Source: Podarcis bocagei
Taxonomy: Eukaryota
DNA: 64,000 bases
Reading direction: 5' to 3' (one strand)
Assembly: GCA_964188305.1 (NCBI GenBank)
Contig: OZ076898.1
Each line of letters begins with the position of its first letter. Position 1 is the stretch's first letter. A model generated the notes under the pieces. That model was not told where the DNA came from. It did no database searches and saw nothing but the letters and a program-made list of their open reading frames with translations. Shown one piece after another: positions 36,791-49,250 of this stretch. The position numbers and the translations under genes were made by a program.

Positions 36791-38672
36791 GCGTGCTCTG
36801 CCTGGCCAGCTCCCTCTGCTCCAGACAGCAGAGCTGCCTACCTTAACCAGCCCTTCAAACTGAAAGCAAATTGCCCTGCTGAACGCATCCAACACACACT
36901 GCCTTCTTCCAACCGCAAAGCAGTGATCAGCCCTCATCCAGACCAGACTCTAGACATGCTTCTCCTTTGGAATGCCATCTCCCTTCCCCCACAATATCCT
37001 GAAAATTCTTCCTCTGCAGGACAGGCCTCTCCCAAGGCTAAGCCACCCCCCACAGGCAGGCTATATTTATTCATGCACTGCAGGAGTGTGTTCCTTTCAC
37101 CCAGGCCCAGCCCTAGAATTGCCAACCACACAGAGGTACCTCCCCACCCTGTGGCACAGGCGGTGGTTCTTTTTTGTTAAAAGGCATATGCAGTTTTTTA
37201 AGCGCCACTGTCAGCCAGCACTTCTGGCCCCACCCTCCACAAACCTATTTCCTAAGGAAAACAGATACCCACCCACCCCAAACTACTATTCTACTATGTA
37301 CAGAGGTTACATATGGATGCAGAATTCAGGCTGCCAGAGACACTAATTTTTAAGTTGCTATTTCTTTCTTCCAGACAAGAACTCAGCAGAGTAAAGTGCC
37401 CTCTTTTTCACAGCACTACCAAAAAGAAAACAGAAAAGTGTTGTGATTTCCCCTTCCCTTCCGACCCCCAATGTCAGAGCATAAGGTTGCTTTGTGTTGC
37501 AACACTATTCAGAATAGCTCTAACTTGAATATGCAAATTCTGGTATCACCTTCAATCACTGGTCAAATATTTCAGGACCTCCTTACAAATCAGTCTCTTC
37601 TGTAACTGCCAATCCTGTTCTGCTATGGACTCTCACTATCCCCACCCCAGCAGAATCAAATGCTCTTTCAGGGCCTAATTTGTCGGAGGCACTATTTGGA
37701 TCACCTTTCCTCCCCCCCCCCCCCACTTCTTGAATTCACCCCAAATTAACTAAAACAAGTTTAGACAACCCTCTTCCCCATCTCACAAAATGGGTACCTT
37801 GACCAAACCCAACTTTGTTATTCTCCTGCAGTGTGCCCTTTAACACGAAAAACCCGTTCAAATTAAATAATACAATCTGGATGGATGGCTTGTCCAGTTA
37901 CACACAGAAGATTTCTCAGGTCTTGGGGCAATCTGATGGTGTGGGCAAAGAGATATGCCAGCAAGGTAACCATCTCTGCCACCCCCCCCAACCTGGACCT
38001 TTCAGTAAACAAGCCAGGATACACATATGGGCCAAAGGTGTCTTTGGTCTGCACCCCCTCACCCTCATTTCGACCATCTGCTTCTTCCCAGATGTACCCC
38101 CCCCATTCCAAGACTCCGCTCCCCCTCCCCCACTTCAGGACATTCATTTCTCACACAACCCATTTCCTCTTGTTCTCAGAGCCTCTCCCTCCTCAAGTCG
38201 ATATAACCCATTCTCTCCCCCCCCTACAGATTTATTAGCTCCAAGGTGCCTGGTGGGAAGAGATCTGGCCTGCTCTAGCCACAATCTAAGAGCAGGCATG
38301 AAGGAGGGGCAAGAAAAGGGTTAAAAGGGATACCTTTCTCATGTCCCCAGCTGCCGCTCCCAGAGCTGTCCACCCAGATCATGGTCTATGTAGAGCGCAA
38401 ATTCCGGGCAGGCAGAGCTGGGTGACCCAGGCAGGGTGCTGGACAGACATCTCTGGTTTCAGTTAACAGTTGCTCTTTTTTCTTTTCTTTTTTGGCAGGC
38501 TTGCCAGCCGCCCCCGAGTTGTTTAGAAGCCCCCCTCCTTTGCCAGCATGTGACCCACAGGTGCTGTGCTATCGCCAGCCCTCCTCCCTCCACCCCAGCA
38601 TGAGATCCAATCCTCAGCGCTCCTCCTCTTGTTGCTTAGAGGAGTTCCGGCGAATCCCCACCCCCTGCTCAA

Positions 38673-38962
38673 TGCCCAGGCTGCAGATATGGAATCCCCA
38701 CCCCATGTGCTGGGCTGAGGCTGCAGCGAGACTGAGACAACACCCCCCCCCACCACACACACCCGTTACCTAGGCTGCAGCCGGAGCCAATCCCCTCCCC
38801 CAGGTCACCGCGGAGGATGCAGAGGGAGGCAGGCTCCGCCCTGTGCTGGTTACCTAGGCTGCAGAAAGAACCAATCCCAGGCCTCAGGTCCCTGCTGAGG
38901 ATGCAGAGGAAAGGGCTCCTCCTCGCACTCGTCACCTAGAATGCGAAGAGGAGAGCCAATTG
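38673..38962. repeat. Degenerate ~83-bp tandem repeat (about 3.3 units)
   Basis: Units start ~38673, 38765, 38849 and 38931, sharing (gttac)ctaggctgcag..ccaatccc...gctgaggatgcagagg. Confidence 0.75.
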
Positions 38963-39442
38963 CTGCTCCTCTCTTCCACCCCGCCCAGGTCGCCCTGGGA
39001 GCTGCAGCAATGTTTGGGCCTCTGTCTCCTTGAGAAGCTCCCACGCCAAGATGCCCCACCCAAGCCAGGCAGTGATGCTCGCAGCGGTTCGGGGAACACC
39101 GAAAAGAATAAAATGCCGACAACATTGCTTCGCTCTTGCATATCACCTACCAAAATCAGTCCTGCTAGGCAGCACCCTTGCCTAGAATGTTTTCCCCAGC
39201 CTGCCGGAGATTACCAAAAGTTCCCTCTTCCGTATCAACACAGATTTCATCCCCACCCCCACACTTTTGTTTTATGGCAGCACGGAAAGGTATGGACGCC
39301 CCTCAACCGCCAGAAAAGTTCTGCTGAAGCCCACTCCGGCTGATGAGATTTTGCTGCACTACACTTCAAACTACAAATATGGTTTGGGGGGGGGGTCTAT
39401 GGGTTCTTACACAGCAGCGTTAACAGACACCAACAGAGTGCC

Positions 39443-39590
39443 AGGACAGAGGAGGGTCAGTGCGTCTTGCTGTTAACCAGAAGGCTGGTGGTTCGAGCCC
39501 ACCTGGCTGTGGCCAGGATTCCTGCATTGCAGGGAGCTGGACTAGATGCCCCTCGGGGTCCCTTCCAGCACTACAATGATTCTGTGATTC
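39443..39590 (+). mobile_element. tRNA-derived SINE with CR1-type 3' tail
   Basis: B-box ggttcgagccc; tail ggactagatg...ggtcccttcca...gattctgtgattcta. Confidence 0.7.
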
Positions 39591-41704
39591 TACTACTACC
39601 ACATCCACTCACACAGGCAATCAGCAGCATTCTACAAATAATAAAACACAAAATATTTATACAGCCCTTTCCATAGCCACTTCACATATGTTCCCCAATG
39701 CTAAAGCATTTGAGACTTTTAAACCTGTGATTCTAATATGCACTCTTATCTCAGGAAAAGTCCCATCTTAATCAATTGTATTTACATGCATAGGATTTCA
39801 CTGGCAATTTAGAAAAGGAAGATCAAGGGACATGACAGTAACTTTTTAAATTATTCAAAGTGTGGAGAAAGCGAAGAGGAAATATTTTCCTCTACTGATG
39901 TAACAAATAACTCAATAAGTAGATTTTTAAAAATCACTTTATCACAGAACACAATTTAAGGAATTCGCCGCAACAAGAATGGCTGGGGCAACCCAGTCAG
40001 ATGGAAGGGATATTTTTATTTATATTTATTATGTGCTGGCTACTGCTTTAGAAAGCTTTAAAAAGGGATTGGACAGGTTAATAGAAGATGGCCATTAATA
40101 AACCTAATAACCATGACCGTAAAATGGAACCTCTACATACATAAGCAGCTGCTGAGGAAGAAACAGGAGAGACTTGTAGCCTCCCTGGAGGCTGCCATGG
40201 ACCTTTACTGGTCTGATCCAACAGGGCTCCTTTTCTCTCAGATATATTTATACCATCCCTTTGGATCAGGACAGTTACCAGTGGCTTCTATGTCTGTTTC
40301 CCCCCCCCCCCCCGCACACACACAAACAGTCCAGTCTAACCTTACCTGCCATTCTATTACTTACACATTTACATCCTATACAGTGAAATTAATAAGATAG
40401 GATTCTGTCTACATTGTGTTCTGAAATGAGTTAAGACAGCAATGGGCTAAAGGCTAATGATTCAGAGCAAGTACTTGGAACAGAGCAGCATCTTAATGCC
40501 ACAAAATATTATATATTATAGGCCATGCAAAGTTGCATGTTTCAATGCTCTCTTGTTGATTCTATCTTCTGTTAGCTGCGGAAGTTCTAACTGTTCAATC
40601 CAGCTGAACCTGGTGGTTTCAATTGCCTCCATTGTATTTTGCAGAATATAGTTCAAGTAGGAATTGAAAAATCCCAGGTCCTTTGAACATACGGTATATG
40701 ATTTTTTATTTTTTACTGGCACATGGGAACTTAAGTCTGTAATCCTACATTCACTTATTCACTACATTCAGTGGGACTTACTTCTAAGTAGATATGTACA
40801 AAATTACACTGTAAATAGTTTATTACCCATCTCCTTCTTTAAGACAGAGGAGCTGACACTACAAACACATGTTCCACTTCCCCCATTCTACATTATAAAT
40901 GACAAGAGTGAAAGCATATACCAAAATTACTTACAAAAACCTCATGACAGCTCTAACTAAAAGTAGTCAACATAGAGGCCAGACAGTCAGTCAACAATGT
41001 GTGCTCAGCTTACTGTGTAGTCAGAGCCTAGAGCCACTATGTGGGAATTTTTAAAACCCTGACCTCAAAATATATTGCCACCCATTTCCACCTAGATTTT
41101 TCCCAAACAAGCTTGCAATCACCAACAAGGTAGTTTGATTTAAATCAAGCTGATTTAAAATCAATGATTATTATTTCTTCATATAGTTCCTAAAGAATGG
41201 TGCACATTTGATTATGAAACCATATTCATTTACAGTTTATGCTGCAATCCAAAGAGGAAGGGAACCAAAGGTGATTGAACTGCTTTAACTTGCACTCCCT
41301 CTGGAATTTTCTCTTTTAAAAAATACATAAAACTATTTCCCTGTCATTGGGAATAAAAGAAGGGGATTTAGAAGGAGTGATTTATGAAACATCCTGAGCT
41401 AGTTGAAATCTCTCCCAGGTTTGGGAACAGGTTGGGTGGCCAGGAAAGCTCGGAATTCTTCAAACCCAAACCTGATGTTGTGACAGGGGCTGGCTGGACA
41501 CTGAGGAGTGGTGGTTAGATACTGAGGAGTGGGCACCACCAGGAGAAGGGGGGTTAGAGACTAACTTGGAAGAAGGGAACAGTGATCTGGGGGAGCCTGT
41601 AACAGACAGGAGACGAGAATCAGGCAGGATAAACTACAGGATTAGAGAATGAAGAACAGGTTGAGGAGGAGGAGGGAGAGGTCAGGCTGGTGGAGAGTCA
41701 AGGA

Positions 41705-42169
41705 CATGGGTAGGCAAACTAAGGTGTGTGGGCCAGATCAGGCCCAACTGCCTTCTGGATCCGGCCCGCAGATGGTCTGGGAATCGCTGCATGGATTGCC
41801 AGCTCATGCGTTCTTTCCCTCTCCCTCACACGGCAACTCCGGCGCTGGCACCTCCTCCCTCCCTCCCTCCTCCTGGCTTCTCCCTGCCCTGCCTAGAGGA
41901 GGAAGGGGGCTGGGCTTTGTTGGTGCCAGGGTCAGCAGCACTCAAGCAGCCACCATTTTAAGCAGCCCCTCTCTGGAGCCCTTTCGTGTGCCGCTCATCG
42001 TCCCTCCGTCACCACCTGCCGCTCGCAAGACACAGGTAAGCAGCCACCAGGGCTCGTCCAGTACTGTGGAGAAGAGATGGGAGAGTTGGGGGGGGCTTAT
42101 AGTCTGGCCCCCCACAAGGTCTGAGGGACAGGGGACCAGCCCCCTGCTGAAAAAGTTTGCTGACTCCTG
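41705..42169. mobile_element. hAT-Charlie-like MITE
   Basis: Termini catgggtaggcaaact / agtttgctgactcctg; TSD gtcaagga/gtcaaggg; ggccc subterminal motifs. Confidence 0.75.
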
Positions 42170-43294
42170 GTCAAGGGCTTCCACACCTCCTCCTCTTGCC
42201 CCCACCTCTCCTGCTCCACTGTCTCCCAGGACCAAGCAAGGATTGAAGAGGGAGGAGCAGAAGCAGGTTACATGCAGATGCAGTCTTCACATGCTGCTTA
42301 CGTGCAACTCGGGTGGGGAAGATACATAAGCTGAGGTCAGGGGCCAGGCCTTTCTGTCACTGCAACTGCCTCGTCAGGTGCACACCTTGGAGTAGCTGAG
42401 CAATGTAGGACTGATAGACATGCCTTTTCCCTACTTGTAAGTGCACTTTTGACAATAAAGAGTTACCTCCTCACTCTGGACATTCCTTGCCTGACAGCCC
42501 CCTGGCAGGGCCAGGACACTGGGTGTTTCTGCAGAGATGAGGCTCCAACGTATTCTATGGTTTCTGTCTAAACAGAATATTGTTTATTCTGTTTTGATTC
42601 TTACAACCATGCCCTGCATCTTGCATTGTATACATTTTGTAGCAAGGTTTGTAGGTTTTTCTTTAGCTATATAGGGAATGCCTTTAAAATATACCCCTTT
42701 AGTGTTTGCTTACAACCAATAGTCATGAGAGTTTGTGAGGTTACACATAAAAATATAGGAATCTGACCACTGGGTAAATTTGTTGTCTTATTTCAGCATT
42801 CCTCCTCTCTGCTTCTGCCCAACCTCACCCTCACAAAAACAAAGTAACAAAGGTGGAAGTAAGGTTTGCTAGTTACTGGGTTATTTTCATTAGGTAAATA
42901 AATACCAAATACTTTGGTAGGCTGAATGCAAATATTCATACTTGATCAAATTGGCTCTTCAGACATAGATATAGATATAGGCAAGGCCCAATGCTAGCAG
43001 GTAAAAATTAAATCAGTAGAAAGGCATACTATAGTGCTAACATGCAGATCAACCTAGTTGTTCTTTAAGATAAAACTTCTACTCACTTTTTTAAAAAAAA
43101 GATTATTATTTTTTAATCCATCCTGATCACCCTGGGAGCAGGGGGGGAAAGTTTATGGTTGAGTGTGATGAGAAATAAAAGCAGGTCTTGGGGAAAGAAG
43201 GTGAGGGAATGGGATCCTGCTATGTATATATCAAATTCAAAATGAACAGGGGAGGAAAGCAAGATGCAGAAAGAGTCAATAGAGTATAGAACAG

Positions 43295-43295
43295 A

Positions 43296-43342
<47 letters not shown>

Positions 43343-43357
43343 ATAGATATATATATA
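43295..43357. repeat. (TATC)n/(TA)n microsatellite
   Basis: Read directly from sequence. Confidence 0.9.
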
Positions 43358-45045
43358 CCATGAATAAAAAGTTGGTATTCAGTGGACTCCAAGGAGGCTG
43401 CATCCTAAGTCACCCCATTACAAAACTGAGGTCAAAGCATGACATCAAAAGCCAAAAACTGTATTGCATGCATTGCATCACAATTTCCGAAGAAAACTTT
43501 GGCAACTCTTTGATCTTCTACACCCCAGTTTGCCATCCATATATAAACATGTAATCACGATGTGTGTAAGCACAGGCGAAAACCCAATATGTGGGCGATA
43601 AACATGACAGCTTACGAAAACTGACGGCGTTATAAGACTCGTCCCTTTTTAAAGTATGTTCTGTTGAAGCAGCATTTACTGCTTTAAATTGTACTTGAAG
43701 AAGAGCTCCAGGACTCTGGGGCCTAATCTCCAACAAAAGTTAGCTTTTTGGTAGCCATGTCAAGGCAAACAAGATTGGCCAGGAAACAGGGTGGTGGTGA
43801 ACGATGGGCGATAGCATTTATAGTCAGGCTATTTCCCAAGGGTTCAGGCCAAACTAATGTGTATGGATCTAGTCCCAGTGCATTCATGTTGTAATTCCGG
43901 GAAAGACAAGCTTACTAAAAACAACAGCAACATACTCTGCTACAGTTAAAAATAAACACAGCTCAAGCATTTTGTTCCTTTAATTTGACAGGGCGGAACC
44001 TCTTCAAACCCTCCTAATCCTAAAGGTTGCAAAGGGTCCTACTTTCACACAAGTGAGCCCAGGTTTAGGGGGCCCTGAGTACAAACAGAAGTGCGAGACT
44101 GGAGAATAGCTGCAGCTCCTCAAGGAAAGGGAGAAGTTGTGCTGGATGCAATAAGAAGTGGGCATAAAAGTGTCAGAGTTTGTGGGCAAGTTGTGTTTTT
44201 CAACCAGCCAGTTTTCTACAAACAGTCCTTAATTTCTTTTCAAGAAAGTAGAGTAGCTCCAGCCTCCCTGCTCCCCAGCTTTCTGAGACTAAATGCCCAT
44301 ACCCTAGTTATGTCTGCCCCTGGACCATGTCTGTCCCAAACCTGTCATCTCCTACTGCCTATTCCTCTAGGGGCCACTTCTGCAAACACATACTCAGGGG
44401 CCCTATTCCTGCTATCTAAACACGCATGCATAAACATGTAACAAAATATCTGTGGACTTTAATCTTGTTATTGTGCAATACTTGACTTTCCTATACAAAG
44501 CTGGTATCAATTTTTTTTTTTTGAGAGAAACAGACTTGTGTGACATACCTACAAATATTTTAGGCCAGAGGTAGCTAAACTTTCTTGGTCCAAGACCCAC
44601 ATTCACCCTTGGTCAGATCTCCAAGGTCTGCACACCAGTGGTAACACCACACTTTTCACCACACCCTACACACAGGGCAAACCCATGTACAAGACACAGT
44701 GCTCTGCCCTTCAGCTGAGCCATGAAGATCTAACTACCCCCTCCAAGCTCAAGTGACCAGTTGGATGATTGGGAAGGGGACAATTTGCATCCCCATCAAG
44801 GTGTCCACTCCAATATCATGTTGACAATATTTTTGTTTCTGCCACTGCCAACAATATGGGGAGGAGGTCTAGGAGGCAGGGGAGAAACATTTCCCTGGAG
44901 AGCTGGATCTTACGGATTTGAGATTTGTATGTGAATACTATAGTTCACCTTAAGCCTCTGGTCCAGACTAAGTAATAAATCACTTTTTGAGGGGTGGGGT
45001 GAGAAAGAGGCTTATGCAGTATTAAAGATAGAACTTGAACTAAAA

Positions 45046-45181
45046 CAGGCATAGGCAAACTCGGCCCTCCAGATGTTTTGGGATTACAACTCCCATCATC
45101 CATGACCACTGGTCCTGTTAGCTAGGGATGATGGGAGTTGTAGTCCCAAAACATCTGGAGGGCCGAGTTTGCCTATACCTG
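45046..45181. mobile_element. Palindromic hAT MITE (136 bp) with perfect 8-bp TSD AACTAAAA
   Basis: ~55-bp inverted arms; TSD at 45038-45045 and 45182-45189. Confidence 0.92.
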
Positions 45182-46690
45182 AACTAAAAGTACAGAGAAC
45201 GAAAGGCTCAGATGGATCAGAGATGCAGACCAAGGTAACATGAATCAAGCCCAAATCCTTTGAATAGCAAGAAAAGACGTTTGGGGCAGGCTCCAGCCTT
45301 TGAGGGACTATTGATAGCAAACCATTTGGTGAGATGACCCTGCTCACCAACCTTGCCTCCACAAGGTAAGTCACCATAATGGACAGTGGCTTCTTCTTCC
45401 TCCCCCCTCCACCTGCCATCCAGTGAGTAGGCAGTGCAGCAGTGGTCACTGCTTGCTGCTGCCATTGTAAGTGGGAGAAGGCAGGCAAGTAAGCAGTGGC
45501 AACTGCTGTTCCTATCAGGCATCACTGCCTGCTTGCTTGGTGGCAAGCAATTCATAGCAGAAAATGCTCCCACTACTGGTGGTGCATGCTAAAGGGTGGA
45601 TGCACCCAATTAGTGTTTAATTACATTTTAATGATTGTCTTTTCTATGTTTTTAGCTTGTTCTATTTTATCTGTGTAAGCCGCTTTGAGTCCCAGGCTGT
45701 AGAAATGGTGAGACATAAATTATTATAATTATATGATAATTATAATATCACAGTGAGCCAGAAACAGGGAGAGGTGGCACTGTGGGCAAGTTAGGAGTTA
45801 ATAAGTAAGCCTCTCATTAAGCACCTTGGGGCACAGTAGCTGCCCAATGAAGATAACCTAAAACCAGCCTGGAAAAGCAGCAAGGGCAATGCTAAAATAT
45901 GCAATGAAGCACAGAGACAAAGCTAAAGGGTGCTGAGCTGCATTCTTACTAGCAGACAGCAGCCATTTTCAGAAGCAATGTATAATCTTACAGGAGTCTG
46001 CTGTATCCTAATAAGAATGCTGCTCAGCAGCTTTGAAGTCCTGTGCCTGTTTTGCAGTGCCTACTTTATGCAAGTCCGTTCTGAACAGTCCAGTCTTGTT
46101 CTAGAGTGCCCAGGTTCAGAAGGCCAGCAGTCTAGTCTCACACTGAAAAATGTCTGTGCACATACTAGAATAGTTCCTGTAAACTCCATTAGCCCTCATG
46201 TCTGGAAAGGGGAGGGGGAACCCTTCTCTTCACCTCTTAAGGTTTGAGGAAAACAGTATGTTCTCAACTGGCCCATGTTTACAGGAATTGCTTAAGGGAC
46301 AACTCTCCCCCCCCCACCCCAGCATTCAGGGGGAGGGGGGAGACAGAGCAAAGGGTAAGGAGATCTTCTCCATATGTTGCCAGAGTAGAGACAGGCTTGG
46401 GGTGGGAGTGGGTCACGATGGAATAATACTAACTCTCTCAGCTCTCATCACATGTTGCCTGAGCTGGGCATTTATTTTTATACCCTTGTTGTGGAAATAT
46501 AATACAAGGGCACCATAATCCAGAGAACAAGTCCTTCTAGAAGATCAAGCTGCCTACACAACTCAAGCCTATAGAATCAATCATAAAGTAGGAAAAATAC
46601 TAGAGAAATTAACAGCAAACTCTGCCACTTTTACAAGCACTGTTCTTGAATCCTTGCACAGCAGGCATCAAGACTCTGGACTCCTAAATA

Positions 46691-46878
46691 CAGTGGTACC
46701 TCTGGTTGCAGACAGGATCCGTTCCAGAACTCCGGTCGGATCCCAAGGTTTTCGAAACTGGAGGTGCCTGTTCTGCGCATGTGTGCACGGCGAAACCTGC
46801 AAAAATACTTCTGGGTTTGCTGCATACATAACCTGAAGGATACGTATCCAGAGGTGCACGCAACTAGAGGTACCATTG
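46691..46878. mobile_element. Tc1/mariner-type MITE
   Basis: ta|cagtggtacctct ... agaggtaccattg|ta; internal similarity to 975-1330. Confidence 0.88.
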
Positions 46879-47141
46879 TACAAGCATCCCTCACTCTCAC
46901 CCAATTCCAAAACCTTGCCAGAGACCAGGGAAATCACAGCTGCCCAACTGTCTTATGGTCACTCAATGTTGCATTTATAGGAAATGACTGAACAAGACTA
47001 GCCAGGGCATGAACAGGAGCAATCTTGAAGGATCATGTCTGATGAAATCAGGTGCAAGGATACCAGACCAGGCAAGAGGGCAGATAATTGAGGAGGCAGC
47101 AAGCTTAATGGAAAGTTTAAGGCAGGCAGAATGCAAGTATT

Positions 47142-47320
47142 TGGGGAGGGGTCATAGACTCTGCTTTGCATGCCGAAGGTCTCAGGTAAAATCCCTGGCA
47201 TTTCCACATAGAATGGGAAGAGACCCCTGCCTGAAACCTGAGCCACTGCCAGTCAGTGTAGTCAATACTGAGCTAGATAGACCAAGGGCCTAATTCAGTA
47301 AGGCCGTTTCCTATGTTCCT
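47142..47320 (+). mobile_element. tRNA-derived SINE (Squam3-like)
   Basis: ctgctttgcatgc.gaagg...cctgcctgaaacc...gccagtcagtgtag.caatactgagctagat...ttcctatgttccta. Confidence 0.75.
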
Positions 47321-48614
47321 ATAGTCCCCCACAGACAAGTTTCAATGAAGGTTTTTGTCTACAAGCTACAACATCCACAGATAATGAGCTGGGGCAACCA
47401 AAGCACCCCATTCTAGGACAAAGTTGAAAAACAAGCACTGACAGCCAAGGCCAATAATACAAGACAGCCATAAGAACGCTATACGGCCTTGCAGGGATGA
47501 AAGAACAAGTTTGGTATGAAAGCTGTTACAGCTGAAGAGCCACCCCACTCAACAATCTAAAGCACAAGGCTTGGCACTCTGATCCACTGGAACAATGCGG
47601 GAGCTCAGATGACAAGGTGGATGATGTTCAAAAAAGCATATAAATGTAATCTACACAATCTCTTTCATCCATAGCTTATGACTCACTTGGGAGTGTGGAT
47701 TTCCCAAACACATATGCTTAAAAAAATTATTTCAAGATACTTGAAATTAATATGGAATCAAAATACTACATTACTTAGATTAACAAGGATGCTCCAGGAT
47801 ACCAGGTATTTCTACAAAAGCGTATCTCAGCATACTGATCTGGTGTGACATAATATTAAGAACACAAAGAGTGAGTTGGAAATCCCCAGTTCATTTTCTA
47901 TACTATGAGCCCTCTAAGCGGCTTCACACAAGTCACTTTCTTTTCAGTCTCAGCAACCAACTTGTGATATGCCAAATGCTATTATTCTGACATCTTGATA
48001 TAAGAATTACCGAGACATTATTGTACACAAAGAACTTGGAAAGATACTTCATACTTTTACAATTCCCCCCCCCCCCTTTAACCTTTGGCTCCAGTCATGG
48101 GCAGCATTCAGTAAGAAACGAGTTCTTACCTTGAGGCAAGGCTCAACATGGAGTATCTATAAACTGCTTCTGAGCATGTGCAGAGTACCTTTATTTCACT
48201 ATTTCATAATCAAGCCCAACCCAAAACACAGCAAGGAAGAGAGGAAGAGCTTTCCAGAGCAGACAAGTTTTAGGCAAGCTTTAATCCCAGTACTCACATT
48301 TTTAGAGCCACTTCTAGCTAACAGCAACAGGCTGTGTGTTTCCACAAAGGTGGGAAGTGAAGACTAAGATAAAGTCATTCATGTAGCAGCTGCTAAAATA
48401 AGAAACAGAATCTAAAAACAATATCCCATGTAAAACAACACAAACCTTGGACACCAAGGAGAAGTAGGGGAAAGCTCTATTATAGAGTAACAAGAAAAAT
48501 CCATACTTTGATTACACATCAGAAGACAGACACAAACATTCTTATTTAGTAAATCTGCCCCAGTTTTAAACAAACAGTGACTATAATACATAAAATACAT
48601 AAATGAATCCATGT

Positions 48615-49250
48615 CATTTTTAACCCGCTATTCATCAAACAAGTGATCCCAAGGCAGGGTACATCAAACTAACAACACAACGATTCTAGTAAAAACAACT
48701 ACGCATTATATGGCCTATCAGTACAAAAAAAGTCAGTTGCCTAATACATAAAGAATCCACTTTTTAAAAAGACAAGTTTTTAGCTAGTGCCAAACACCTA
48801 CCAATGTTGGTGCCAACCAGATTTCAAGACGGAGGGAATTCCAAAGCCAGGGAGCCACCGCTGAAAAGGGTGTCTTTTGCTGCCACACTACCCTGCAGAC
48901 CACCTGATTCACCCAGCAGCAAAAAAAATATTTTAAATTTACTTATTTTTGCTGCCAGGCAAATTGGGTAGTCTGCAGGGTAGCACGGCACCAAAAGACA
49001 CGAATTTTGCTGCCGCGGTACCCAGCAGACCAGCTGACTGCAGCCAAGCAGGTGGAGATGCTAGGAGTCAAGAGGTGGCACCTGGATATCTCCATCCAGT
49101 TGCAAAAAGCTGGTTCTTTCCAGGAACAAGCTAGCAAAAAAGGTGCTTCAGGTGATGGAGATGAATCCGAGAGCATCCCACACCATGCACCCAACTCCAT
49201 CAGAGGAAGCACAACCCTGTCCAGAACAGGCCATCTTCCCAATTCCCAGA
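48615..49250 (-). mobile_element. Old L2-like fragment(s)
   Basis: ggagggaattccaaagccagggagccaccgctgaaaagg and cccaaggcagggtaca resemble an L2 3' end. Confidence 0.45.

Noticed and set aside
41649-42329. 226-aa ORF
   Set aside because: Spans a GC-rich hAT MITE with no transposase motifs.
43540-43680. Locally CpG-rich, compositionally odd patch; ATAAACATGTAA recurs at ~44430
   Set aside because: No TIR, TSD or ORF could be defined, and the 12-bp match may be chance.
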